Source: Nemertoderma westbladi (taxonomy: Eukaryota; Animalia; Xenacoelomorpha). Taken from it: a DNA stretch of 64,000 bases. The position numbers were made by a program, and so were the translations under genes. The notes under the pieces were generated by a model. The model worked only from the letters and a program-made list of their open reading frames with translations, searched no databases and was not told the DNA's origin. Where the stretch lies: positions 62,001 through 126,000 of the forward strand of contig JAUCBJ010004350.1 of NCBI GenBank assembly GCA_032718475.1. The letters are read 5' to 3'. Below, piece by piece: positions 1-12,882 of the stretch; position 1 is the stretch's first letter; each line of letters starts with the position of its first letter.

Positions 1-1162
1 GATGTCACTACGCAGTGCTCTTATAATTTCTTGTATTGGTTTCTATGGAGTGAGAATGATTTTAGATTCATTCATTTCACACGAGGCATATATCAATTGA
101 AAGCGGAGAGTCTCGCGTCTTTTGACACTACAATTAATTAAATACATGGTGATGAACATTGATAAAAAAAATTAATTCACAATTATAGATTGCTGCAGAG
201 TAGATTATAGATAGAGGGAATTATAGATTGGCAGATTGCCTGACCGGTATGCAAGTAGTACTGAACCACTCAGCCCTATCCACCTATTACATTGCAGTAC
301 CAGTATCTGAGTATTGCTGTATTGTGTCATTAAGTTGAGTAAACCTACCGCTGTTCCACTCTTACACTACCGGTCACCGGTAGGCCTACACATTTCAAAT
401 TAATGAACTTAAGTTCATTAATCCAAGCGACAATACAGCAATAGGCCTACTCCGATACTGCAATGCAATTGGTGGATAAGGCAGAGTTGGTGAGTACTTG
501 CATACGGGATCAGGCAATCTTAACCAAGTTTGCAAAATTGCAAACAGTATTTTATTAATGTTCATTAGGGATGTCCCGGAATTTCGTTCCGGCCGGAATA
601 GGGTAAATTCCGGCCGGAATTTTACCGGAATTACCAGGTTCCTAACTAGTGTGATAATTGCAATTAGTTTGTTAAATTATTATCAACATATATTTTTAAA
701 CATTATTCCAATTAGTTTAAGATACTTTTCAACACTTGTAAAAAGTATAGAAATAAAGTTTTCTCCGACCGTTAGAGCTAACATGCTCTAATGATAATGC
801 TATCTAACATGCTCTATTAAGGATACAAGGCAGAGATGCCTTCAAACCATTCGTGTCGAATCGAAAACTGCCTTGGCTGACATGCAGGGATCGAACCCAC
901 GACCTCCAAATAGTTTGGAAATCAATGAACCAATACACCAAGGTGGAACCTAACTAACCTATGTAACAAAGGAAAATTCACAGCCACCCTGTTTATTACT
1001 ATGAATGCAGTCTTTAAAAAATTTCACATTTCATGGTTCCACCATCTGTTACACCACCTACTATAAATAGTATTCATATACAATTCACAATAACCTTCTT
1101 AATTTACATTAATTAATTAAACCCTTTGTCCTTCTGAAGATATTTTATGAAATGCATCATTA

Positions 1163-1492
1163 GGCCCGTGCTACACTGGTCAGAATGTCAAAATGAATGC
1201 CTCATTGCTCCATAGGTAACACAAGTCATAAGTCATTTGATAAAAAATATAAGATACGTCTCACATTTACTGCATATTTATACCCAAAGTAACCAATCAC
1301 AGACCTCTTGCCGGATATAACACATGAGTCATATGTCAACAGATGGAACATGGAACATATAATCACTTTCGACTCATAGGTCGTAACTTACGATTTACCA
1401 GTGGAGACGCTCCCATTGAAACCAATGCGTTCCATAATTTATTTGACTTATGAATGACTTACGACATAGACTTACCAGTGGAGCACGGGCTT
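1163..1492. mobile_element. Small MITE, possibly PIF/Harbinger-like
   Basis: TIRs GCCCGTGCTACACTGGT / ACCAGTGGAGCACGGGC with TTA-like flanks; exact TSD ambiguous. Confidence 0.55.
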
Positions 1493-3126
1493 TTAATTAG
1501 TGGTTTTCCAATTTGCTTATTACAATTTGCTTATAAAATTACGTTTTTTATATTGATTTTACATTATTTTACATTGAATTTAAATTATTTTACATTTATT
1601 TTATATTATTTTACTTTGAATTAATTATTAAATAATATGATAAGATTATGATTGGTATTGCCCAACGTAACATACTGTATAAGATTACCCCTAAAGAATT
1701 GCAGCTATTTTCATGGGGGTCCTTTATGTTACTTGGTTACAAATACAGGGACAATTACAATTATTACTCTAACCTAAAACTAATATAAAACGTTATTACA
1801 ATTATTCGTACAGGTCCTGCAAGTGGTCGTTAGTTCAGTCCTGCGTCGTAGGTGCTGCATAATATAGTAGTTTAATTTATATTTACAGCAAACCTATTTC
1901 ATAGCATATATCTATTTTGTCCCAGCAATAATTAAACTGTAAAATGTACTATTTATTGGCCTCGTTTATTGTTTTGGTTCGAATAGAGTCATTCCATCCA
2001 AATTCAACAAATTTCAGAAATTCAGTGGCGCTCACCTCCTCAGATTTTGTTGAAATTAATTATACACAATGTTTATAGCGATATAAGAAAGGCCTGAAAT
2101 TTTTTAGCCAATCCGTACATCCAAACTTGAGATATTCCCCTGTGAAATACGATAAATTGTCAATTTTTGAAAGACTACATGTTATTAGTACCCCTGTGAA
2201 AATTTTCTGACAAATGGTTGATTGTCAAATTTTGTATATCTAGTGCCTAATATTTCAAACTTTCAGTCGTCAACAAAACAAATATCCAACCAATTTGCAG
2301 AGGCTCAAATGAAACGAGTAAAATTTCCCTATTTATGCATTTTTATTAATTTTGGAAGTTTTTGAGGTGCTATCATTCGCATCTGATTGCCAGTTGGTTG
2401 TTAGAAACATTTAAATCAATGTGATACAGTATTCAGGCAGCCATTTAAATATGTTCTTCACGGCAACAGCTTATCAGATTGAAGGTATTGATAATTTAAA
2501 TGGGCACTTTTTGAGTTTTTTGTTTAATTTTGTCAACTTTCACATGATACCAGTCAGCTCTGATAATATATTATAACTGGAAATTTTCGGAGATGTTACT
2601 TTAGCCTATGGCTAATATTCACACAAATTTATAGAAACCAACAGGACCTTGGTCTTGTGATATATGGAATAAGTTTAATTAAATTTTACCAAAAAATTAC
2701 TTTAATTTTTATCAATTATGACGCTCTGATAGGGTGTTGGCAATTAATAAATGTGCTATTATGTTCGTTGATGGATACTAATAATGACATTTAATGTTAG
2801 TTGGTCCAACAGATTATCAGAGCCGAGTTACAATTGGTGACTTTGTAAGGGTTGGTTTGCTTTATTAAGAGAGTTATAGTTACTCCCAAATAGAAAGCAA
2901 AATGCAATTCCCGTAAGTAACTGAGTAAACCAGTAATGGGTGTAGTAGTAATGAGTGTATACAAACTATAACCGATACCCTGCTAATTTAATATTGTAAT
3001 TAATAATAATAGGCCTAATTGTTACTAAGCTTTAATTGCATTATATAATTTTGTGTTTGGCAATATTAATCTTAATACATAATAATGAATTCTTCTTAAT
3101 CTTCTTGATAACAAATTGCTAATGTT

Positions 3127-5120
3127 ATGGAAAGTACACTTGCAGGTGAGGCTGATGCTGCTTCTACTAGTTCGCGGGAGAGTTTGTTTTTGTGTTCAAT
3201 TGGAAAGGAACTAAACTCTAAATGCAAAAATGATGCTTACATTACCACTGGCTCTACAGTTTGGAAAGTTTGGCCAATAAAAGTGGATGAAGTGGAACTA
3301 CTTTCAAAGAGAACAGATATAAAGAAGGAGCTGCTGAAGACCATTTGTACTCACCATAATATTGAGTTTGGCTCTCTTTATTCATCCTTACAACGCAAAT
3401 GTTGTGACCCATTTCAAAAGCACGTTAAACCAGTTAAGACAGGCCTTGCAATTATTACTGAAGATATGGCCAATAGTGATCAAGGTAAAACATTAAATGT
3501 AGTTGAAGGGAAGAAAGTTTGTCCACGTTGCTGTTCAGAATTAAAGTCCAGTATATCAAAAAAGCTGATTGTGCATCTCCCTAAGAAGAAGACACTTAAA
3601 AGGAAGTCTGCAGCCCCAGCTTTACTCATCCAGGAAGAGTGTGATTCTATGCCAGAAACCGTTGAGAGCAGTTCCCAATCTGAGTATGAACCAGATCCTA
3701 ACATTAACGAAGAACAACTGGAGCACTTAAATAAATCCTTTAAGCTTCTAGATCAGTCACCCCTGTGTATCAAAAAACGCACTTATTCTAGAATCAAAAG
3801 GAAAGTTAACAGAAAAGCAACCAAGGCTAAAGAGGCGATCATGGCTTGCGCATCTGCAGCGATTGGTTCTGAAATCACGGATAATATTGAGAGTGATAGT
3901 AGTGTTAACAGAGAGGATAAGTTAATGGCTGAAGCAATGTTCGATATAGTTACAGCAGTGAAGCATAAGATTTCCACAGCCACAAGTTATAATGAAAAGG
4001 TGGAATTATTGACATTGGCTCCCAAGCATTGGTCAATTAGCCATACAGCAGGTCAGTTTGGCACAACTATTTATCTTGCACAGGCGGCAAATAAATTAAG
4101 AAATGAGCGTGGAATTCTTGCTTCACGTGATCCCTACCTGCCACGAGGCTTAGTCATCAACGAGGAATTAAAGGGTACAGTGAAATTGTTTTACGAAAGA
4201 GATGATCTCAGTCGTTTGTGTCCGGGGAAAAAGGATTTTATAAGCGTGAAAACTGATCTTGGAAGAGTGCATTGCCAAAAGCGATTAGTACTATGTAATC
4301 TTCACGAAGCATATCAGCTATTTAAAGAGACAAATCCATTACTGAAGTTAGGATTCTCGACTTTCGCAACTTTAAGACCTACATACTGCATACTTGCTGG
4401 ATCTGCTGGTACACACAGTGTCTGTGTGTGTATCAAGCATCAGAACCCTAAACTGATGGTTGGCAGCTTAAGGATCCAAGGGCTTACATACAGGGACTTA
4501 CTGGAGAAAGCAGTCTGTTCCATGTCTGGCGATAAGTGTATGTTGGGAACATGTGAAATGTGCCCAGGTGAACTATCTGTACGTAGTTTCTTAGAAGAGT
4601 TAGTAACAGATTACCATGACAACGATATCACCTTCATGAAGTGGAGTTCAGGATCTGGTTCATCCGGTGATCGTGCAGTCCTTGGCAAACATAATAGTCC
4701 ATTAAGTGAATTCATTGATGAGTTGGTCAGCGACTTGATGAAACTTTTACCCCATCACTACATCGCCAAGTCTCAGTCAAGTTATTTGAAAGATTTGAAG
4801 GATGCTCTAAAGCCGAATGAAGCAATCATTTTGATGGATTTTGCTGAAAACTTCTCGTTTGTCATTCAAGATGAAATCCAATCTTATCATTGGTCTAATG
4901 ATCAAGCAACTCTGCATCCCATTGTAATATACTATCGAGAAGGTTCTAGCAATGAGCTAAAGGTTACAAGCTTCTGCATTATTTCGAATTCGATGGCTCA
5001 CTCTACATCTGCTGTGCATCTATTCGTAACAAAGATCACAGGCATAATCAAACAGGAATGGCCACAAGTTACACATTTGCACTACTTTACAGATGGCGCT
5101 GCAGGGCAATATAAAAACAG
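3127..5120 (+). CDS. Sola2-type transposase, exon 1
   Basis: Motifs MDFAENFSFVIQDEIQSYHW and YFTDGAAGQYKN; ends AACAG|GTAAAA (phase 2). Confidence 0.85.
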
Positions 5121-5304
5121 GTAAAATGTATATATTTTATATATTAACAATATAAAGCATTTAAATATGATTAATACCGGTAGTTATAAATATATAAATA
5201 TAATTATATAAGGGGCCTAATAAAATTAATAATAAAAATAGTAGGTACCTGTCTGGTTAGAGTAGAGATTAGGTCTGATTAGAGGTCTTATGTTATTATT
5301 TATT

Positions 5305-5705
5305 CGTGACAGGACAATTGCCCACAGACAATTGCCCCCCGGATAATTGCCCACAGACAATTGCCCCCCGGACAATTGCCCACAGACAATTGCCCCCAGA
5401 CAATTGCCCCCAGACAATTGCCCCCGGACAATTACCCCATGGACAATTGCCCCCCGGATAATTTCCACCGAGAAAAATTTCAAAATAAATAAACTAAACA
5501 TGAGTTAGCATATATAATTAGTTATGAAACAGGCATAGCCATATATAATTTGTTTTAAATTTGTAACAAGCTAGGAGCTTAATAGCTAGTAAGGAATGAC
5601 CTTATATATTGTGCAATTTTCCTCAGGGGAAATTTTCCTCGGGGCAATTGTCCGTGGGGCAATTTTCCTCACGGGGCAATTTTCCAGTGGGTAATTGTCA
5701 GTTCC
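5305..5705. mobile_element. MULE-type MITE in the transposase intron
   Basis: 9-bp TSD TTATTTATT (5296-5304, 5706-5714); ends made of inverted tandem GACAATTGCCCC / GGGGCAATT repeats. Confidence 0.75.
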
Positions 5706-5753
5706 TTATTTATTATACTTAATACAGTATATTTTTCATTATTTGATTTATAG

Positions 5754-6459
5754 GTTCAGCTTCTTAAACTTACATTACCACTTTCACGACTTCGGCCTAT
5801 ATGCTACCTGGCACTTCTTTGCCACCAGTCATGGCAAGAGCCCGTGTGATGGGATTGGCGGCACTGTGAAGCGAATAATCACTAGGATGAGTCTGCAGAG
5901 ACCTATAGAGGACCAAATAACTAATGCTGAGGAGATGTTTACTGCTGCTGATGTTAATATTACTGGGATAAGATTTATTTGGGTCGATGCCAAGGAAGTG
6001 GAGTCTGTGACCAAGGAGCAGGAAGTTCGGTTTGAGGATGCCTCAAAAATACCTGGGACAAGGTCGTATCACCGTTTTGATGTTCTTCCCAGTGGCAAAT
6101 TAGCTTGCCGAACAGTGTCAGATGGCGATGACAACCTTGCAACAGTGATAAACATTGTTCAAGGTATCACCAGGGAGTCCATCACGGATGAGGAACAGTC
6201 AACCTCAGGAAAGGAACCCAACTACAGCGTTGGTCAATGGGTACTTGTGTACTATGAGGAAGATCATTACCCAGGAGAGGTGCAGTACACGTCAAGTGAG
6301 GGGTACGTGTGTGTGAAAGTCATGGACAGGGCTGGTGGATACTACAGGTGGCCCGAGAAGGATGATATACATAGTTATCCCACTGATGACATCGTAAAAA
6401 CTCTCGAACCACCACTACCCGTTGGAACCAGAGGACAGTTCAAATTTTCGAACATTTAA
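5754..6459 (+). CDS. Sola2-type transposase, exon 2
   Basis: TTATAG|G acceptor restores YKNR-FSFLNL; motif WHFFATSHGKSPCDGIGG; joined ORF is 2700 nt (899 aa). Confidence 0.85.
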
Positions 6460-9318
6460 GAAGAATTATGTAATATATAAATTCGCTACTTATATATAAT
6501 AAATACAGTACCCTGGTTATTCAAGTTTAATAGATTGTAGTTTGTTTTTTCTCTGCAAAGCTGTTGGTCCGTTTAATTGCAATAAATATCTATATTATGT
6601 ACTATAAAACATATTATTTCCTTCCTAGGCAATAACGTACTTTCAGATTGAAATTACATTGAATGAAAATATTCTTTTTTTTCAATTACTTGTCACGTTA
6701 AAGAACATTTTTAGATAATAACTTGATCCTGTTGGTGATTGAAAATTATCATACAATTGAACAATAGGTTGAATAAACATATTATCTACTTTTTGGGGAG
6801 ATATTTTTAGTCAGAGCTGATTTCTGACACTTCAAAGTTAGCAAAAAATCAAAATCGTATGCACTTATTTTTTCGATAGCACACCTCTGATAAGTTGTTG
6901 GCCCTTAATTCATTATTAAAACGTGTCATGGATAATGCACAATATAGTTAAGAAACATTTGAATTTCCAACAGACATGCAGAGATTTCTAAATGGTGTCA
7001 CAAAAATCAACAAAATTTGTATTTTTGGTGTAATTTCAATCGCGTATGTTAAGGCTCTGACTATCGGTTGTATGTTTATTGACTTATAGGATACAGCCTT
7101 ATTATAAGAGGTATCATTTATTAAAAAAGTATCACCCAACAAGTTGTCAGAGTACAAAATATTCAGGTTTTAAATTTCCAATATTTTTACAATTCAGAAA
7201 CTTGAACACCATGTAACTTGAGAATAAAAGGACCAAATGAGCTGAAATTATGGCTACCAGTTTTTAACCACATCATCATAACATGATTAAATTTTCAATG
7301 AATTCTGAGAGGGTGTGCGCCACCCCATTTGTTGAATTTGGCTGGAATAACCCAATAACATGTCACTGTAACATGCTCCTTTTCATTAAAGACACCAGGA
7401 TATTGCACCAAATGACCTAATGACGCGAAACCATAGGTTTTTTAGGTGAGTCTAAATGCTAAAAACCTAACTTTTGGTCAAAGTTATAGATTTTAGAAAA
7501 AAAAATATATTGAATTCCTTGTAGTTCAATGCCGAAGTACCATCCCGTTCCCATAATAGGTCATAACGGCCCAGGCCAGTCTGAGTCTCCACTCTAACTA
7601 CCTTAATTTCCCCCAAGGTTCTGATTCATTTCATTAGCAACATTAGCTTTAGTAATTAAAAAAATTAAATTGTTTCACAAAAAATTATAAAGTTTCATGG
7701 GTTATTTAGTGTATTTCACTAATTATAGAAAATTCCGGTTCCGGCCGGAATATTCCGGCATGTTGAATTCCGGTTCCGGCCGGAATCAAAATATCGATTC
7801 CGGGACATCCCTAATGTTCATGATCATAAATTTAAGTAATTGTAGTGTTAAAGACGCGCAAGACTCTCCGCTTTCAATTGATATAAGCCACGTGTGAAAT
7901 GATCGAGATTAAATGGTATTTGAATGGATCTAAAATCACCCTCCATAGAAAACAATATAAGAAATTATCAGAGCACTGCTGATGTCAAATATGTAGCAGC
8001 CAATCACAGCCGATTTTCACAATTGGCTTCCCACGCTTACTTATACCCGCCATTTCAACCGTTTCCTCGTGTTTTTACAAAAAAAACACCCGCACCACTC
8101 GATTCAGGGCACATTGTTACTCTCTTAATCAAGTTTTGACCTAGAAACCTTAACTATCTATTTTATTTTTAACTTCTTTTAAACTCTTTAATTTTTTTTT
8201 TTATACAATTTTATTATTAATGGAACTTTTATTCTAATAAAATATCTTTCATCTTGAACTTTTATTCTAAGAAAATAGAAAAAATGCTTTCGTCTTTAAC
8301 GCTCACTTGTATTTTTTATACATTTTTTTTAATATGGAACTTGTATTCATTCAATCTACTGATGAGCTCCCTAACACATTTAAATACGAGATGCTTTAGG
8401 CAATCCAATTACTATTTACAACAGAAATTTATTTAATTACCGGTACAAAAAGTTGCCTAATTGACATCAAATTTGCGATAACTTTGTTTCTTCAAATTCA
8501 AAATTGAATTTTTTAAAGAAAGATTAAGTGGTAGCTACTGGTGTGCTCAATGTACCTGAAACTTCCTAAAAAGAGAGGATAAAAAAATGATTTATTCTCG
8601 TAGATGTTGTTTTCTTTTAAAAAAATTCACTTTTTTTCCCCAAAAATGCAAAAAACGACTTTTGCCCAAAATCAGAATTAGCATTTATTCCTCGAAAATA
8701 CGGAAAAAAGTCTGACAAAAAATTGTTTCTTTTTTGTAAAAGAAACAGTTATAATACCATGAAATTTAACAATTTTCATTTTTTCTTCTCTTAATATCTA
8801 ATTGTTATTTTTCAATGGTTTTTTAATTACCGCACCGCAGGGGGAAACAAAATATAATTTGGATAATGTAATACAATTTAATACGATTTAATTTATTCTT
8901 ATCCGATCAGACATTTCTGAGAAAATTCACCACCCTTCTTGGAGTTGACAAAAAGACCAACACTAACCAACACGTTACAATGAGATAGTGATTCTGACAA
9001 TTCCAATGAAAGGATCACATGAAAGTGACTCGGGTGAATACCCCAAATCATTAAAAACAATGAACACAAAATGGAAACGCGTGGGGAAATGTGACAAGTA
9101 TTAAATTAACATTGGGAGCAGGTGCTCTTGTATGGAAGCCCCCGGGGAGAATGTCAAAACCGACTGTGTACTGTGAAGTGGGTTTCAATAAAACACAAAA
9201 GATCAAGTTAAGATGTACAGTTGAAAGTACGCATTAGCATAAATGACAAGCAATGTGAAATTAGACAACCAAAAGACTGCTGCGGTTTAGTTCATTCATG
9301 TGGCTCCCATTAACTCAC

Positions 9319-9458
9319 CTCGTAAATTATAATTCGAATGTCATCAGTTTGCGTTTCTGTTATAAATTTCATGATTTCCCGACAATGGGGAGATTTCCTT
9401 GTATAAAGATTCAACAAATATTGATCGCCAAACGCAGAAGCCCGTAAATGGTGTAATC
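9319..9458 (-). CDS. Second exon of URB1/Npa1-like gene
   Basis: TTTCAG| acceptor and GAG|GTGAG donor; only the phase-matched frame is open: GLHHLRASAFGDQYLLNLYTRKSPHCREIMKFITETQTDDIRIIIYE, resembling the URB1 N-terminal Y..S..C.EI pattern (recognised from memory). Confidence 0.5.
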
Positions 9459-9603
9459 CTGAAATCCCAAAATACAATATTTATAGGACTAAGACATCGA
9501 CATTCCATAGCCTAACTGTAAGTAATGTAATTACAGGAAATTGCCATGAGTTGGTTGTTGGCGGGGGGGGGGGGGGTAAAAATGTGTAGGCCCTACCACA
9601 AAC

Positions 9604-9793
9604 CTTTTATGGCTTCCCCTGAGGAACTACGAAGTAATGTGCATAGGTCCTCAATATCAACATCAGTTGGTTTTATCTCAACCTCCACGGTTACGTCGTC
9701 GAGCGCAGAATGTATAGTAGTCCGTGTAGAAGGTTTAATAGCCTTTCTATCCACTGGGGAAGAATTACTATTGGTAATCCTTTTGCGTTTCAT
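9604..9793 (-). CDS. Probable first coding exon of a URB1/Npa1-like nucleolar protein
   Basis: ATG at 9793, basic MKRKR start, donor AAAG|GTTTGT (phase 1) compatible with the next exon. Confidence 0.45.
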
Positions 9794-10199
9794 TTTAACT
9801 TTTCAACATGCGGGAATTATTAATAAATAAAATAGTAGTTATGTTAAGTTACAGTGACACTGTCAGACTGTAGGGTACCGGAAGCCGTAGCCAGTAGGAC
9901 TCCCTCCCTACCGGTAAGTCTTATCAATAACGTTAAAAATCCGACAATAATAATTTTCCAATTTTATACAGAACACAGTCAGACAGAACTGGTCTCGTAC
10001 GCACTGTACAAGCTGAAAGGTACGCGGGTAGAATTTATTTGGGGATCATCCTTTATATATAGGCCTAGGCCTACTGGTATGGCAGCATGGTATAGTGGTA
10101 TAGGCCTACTACAGAACTATACATATATATAATATACGTACCGGAAGATATATACTATAGGCCTATACTGGTACTGGTATATATATACCGGTATATATA

Positions 10200-10345
10200 C
10201 CAATTGAGTGAAAGGAGCAGGTTACAGAGGCAGGCTTTTCTAACCAAAACAATAAACGGCCACTTTACCAATTGAGGAAAAGGAGAAGGTTACAGAGGCG
10301 GGCTTTTCTAACAAAAACAATAAACGATCACTTTACCAATTGAGG
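10200..10345. repeat. Short tandem duplication (about 69-bp unit, 2+ copies)
   Basis: CCAATTGAG..GGTTACAGAGGC..CTTTTCTAAC.AAAACAATAAACG..CACTTTA repeated. Confidence 0.7.
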
Positions 10346-10944
10346 GAAACCGGACACCATACGCATACCTATGTTAGTAGTCACTCTATAACCAAACAAA
10401 TCTGGCAGTCAAGCAATAGGTAGTGGTACGCAGCTGTAGAATGACAATTAGAAACGGTTGAAAAGGACGGTCAGACGGTCCCCAAAGTAACAAGACCCAG
10501 GTACGCACCCGTATCGTATGAAACATAGGTTAGGAAGGTTACTGTAGGCACTGTATGTATAGTATAGCTGTATAGGCCTACCATACCGGTAATGAATTAT
10601 CATACTGATGTACTGCGGTATCTTCCATAGCTGCATAGCCCTAGCCAATAGCAAATAACCGGCCACACAGAGTGCAGAGAGATGGAGAGATAGGCCTAGC
10701 CGACAATGAAGTGAATTCCGCTTTGAATTTCCCGCCATTCACCATTCAGCCATTAGGAATTCAGGAATTGTATAATATTCAATTTGGCATTATTCCAGGG
10801 TGGCTTATAAAATGGTCTAGATACGGTAACACTAAAACATTAATTAGATGATAAAATATTTGTTTCCCATCCCATACGAGTATATAAATAGTAATGTAAG
10901 CAAGGTATCCTACACTGTACGGTAGGACCTACACCCCTACTATT

Positions 10945-11137
10945 CAAGCAAACAAGCAAACAGTCGGCCGAAGCCGGAGGCTCCTCTTTCGATAGCTGCT
11001 ACCCGAGGGTAAGGGTGGGCGCTACTCCTATCCCAAGATTTGCGGATGAAAGGCTGCGTGGACCCTGGCGGGGCTGAACCTACAACCAATAGATTGCAGG
11101 CCCGGCGCTCAACCAACTGAGCTACCCCGCCTACTAC
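10945..11137 (-). mobile_element. tRNA-derived SINE
   Basis: Minus strand: A box TAGCTCAGTTGG, degenerate B box GGTTCAGCCCC, body, (TTTGCTTG)2 tail; 11-bp TSD CCCCTACTATT (10934-10944, 11138-11148). Confidence 0.8.
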
Positions 11138-12027
11138 CCCCTACTATTATCTATAGGCTAACTTTCCAAAAAGTCTTTAAAAAAGTACAGTACCGCAGCT
11201 TTCAATTTTTTTTTGCATTTTTCATATATCTTCCATATTTCACTAACACTTTTTAAGATTTTATCCAACTATGGGTGGGGGGGGGGGGGGGGGGGGGGGG
11301 GAGGGTGTTATGCTAACATTGGAATACGCCGTACACTATTCTATATTACCCTTACTAACTACTGCATGTCACTTTATTAGGCTATACTACCAGTTACAAA
11401 GAACTGTAAGTAAATAAAATGTTACATTACCAGCCAATAATTTGAATCCGGTTACCCCTTGGGTTTTAATTTAATTATTTCCTGGAATTTTGTTATCGTT
11501 TATAACATACATAATACACCGTAAGCCTACAGAAACTCTCCCACTAATATGGCCTTGGTTACACTAAGTATTGAACTACGTCAATCTTTTGTAAATTAGT
11601 GTAGGCCTGCCCGCCTGGCGTACTTGTTCCATATATTAAAACGAAGGCTTAATTGCATCACATGTAGGCCTACTGTACTGTAGTAGTAGCAGTAGGCTTA
11701 TCATATGAAGTTTTCCGTTCAGTTAACGGCCCGGCCATAAACAAGATGATCGGTAACATAAAATAACAAGTAGGCCTATTCTGCTATTCTATTGTATTTT
11801 TTGTCCAAATAACATATGTTTCAGATCTAATGTACATGTTGTAATGTATGAGTCATATTAATTTTTACTTTTAATTTGTTTAAGAGTTTAACTGAAGAAT
11901 ATACGGAATTATTTAATTAATATATTTTCAATATTATAACCTTTCAACTAGGCCTATTATTGATCTGCTAACCCGTATTCAACAATATGGTTCCTGAAGT
12001 TTAACTCGGACATAGAGTATTGCAATA

Positions 12028-12277
12028 ATGGTCCGAAGTTATATGCGTCCAACTATTGCGTTTACTTTGGTTCCGTTTATTTTGGTCTTTGTGAGAGCTG
12101 ATTGGTCACCGTTCGATTATCCCAACCCAATCACTGACCCGGTAGGGTGCGGAAACACCAGTAGTTCTTATTTATGCGACCCCGATGGCATTCTAGACAG
12201 AGACGAAGTGTTGGAGATAGTGAAAGTAATTGGAGATATTGGAACTGAGTACCGGTGTCTCTGTGCGGGCTGTAAAG
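12028..12277 (+). CDS. MOLO-1/TPM-domain single-pass membrane protein, exon 1
   Basis: Signal peptide, then W..YPNP..DP..CG..SYLCDPDGIL motif typical of the MOLO1 family; donor AAAG|GTATGT. Confidence 0.75.
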
Positions 12278-12882
12278 GTATGTGTTGTATAGTTAAATAG
12301 GTAAAGCTGAACAATTTCAATTTATTTACTATCATACAGATCTGTTTATAGATATTGGCACCCCATCCCATCACCATACTGTTTTACATTAATCTAACAA
12401 AGTGTTGAATGGGGTTAGTGTATGTGTATGATAATGTTGATCACCTGATTGGATGGATGCAAACATAATGTTGCTACCTGTAGTGCAACGTAGCCAACCA
12501 GTGAAATGTGTATGATGTAGGTATGATATGATATTGTATGTATTAGATAAAAGGTATGTAAGGGGTATGATAAGGGGGTGGGGGGGGGGGGGGTGGGAGG
12601 CGGACTGAGGGGGTTGGGGGTGGCGGAAGCGGAATGACGGGGGGTAGGCATGTTTAAGTGTTCATAAAGTCCGAATTAAGAATTGTAGTTTAAGTTTGAC
12701 TCGATGTCGACTTGCTCTAATCTGCGGCACAATCATGTGGGGATGTGATAGTGTTAATTACTGTATATAGTAGTATTTGCGCATTTAGTAGCCTAGTCTA
12801 TGTCTAGTTTGTGTCTAGTCTGTGTCTAGTCTGTTGTGATTAACTTATCAAATCATGTAAAATCTCTTGTAATGCTTCGAGG

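Larger units (their letters stand above)
1986..7353 (+). mobile_element. Sola2-type DNA transposon
   Basis: Imperfect TIRs GAGTCATTCCATCCAAATTCAACAAAT / ATTTGTTGAATTTGGCTGGAATAACCC (GRG..CYC ends); 4-bp TSD AATA (1982-1985, 7354-7357); encodes a DDD transposase. Confidence 0.8.
566..7813. mobile_element. hAT-type non-autonomous element (hosts Sola2 and other insertions)
   Basis: TIRs TAGGGATGTCCCGG / CCGGGACATCCCTA; perfect 8-bp TSD ATGTTCAT (558-565, 7814-7821); subterminal TTCCGG/CCGGAA repeats. Confidence 0.85.
1..7985. mobile_element. Foldback (palindromic) non-autonomous element, split by later insertions
   Basis: 1-160 is the approximate reverse complement of 7814-7985, and 235-330 of 430-520; symmetry centre near 375. 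Left end may lie outside the window. Confidence 0.65.
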
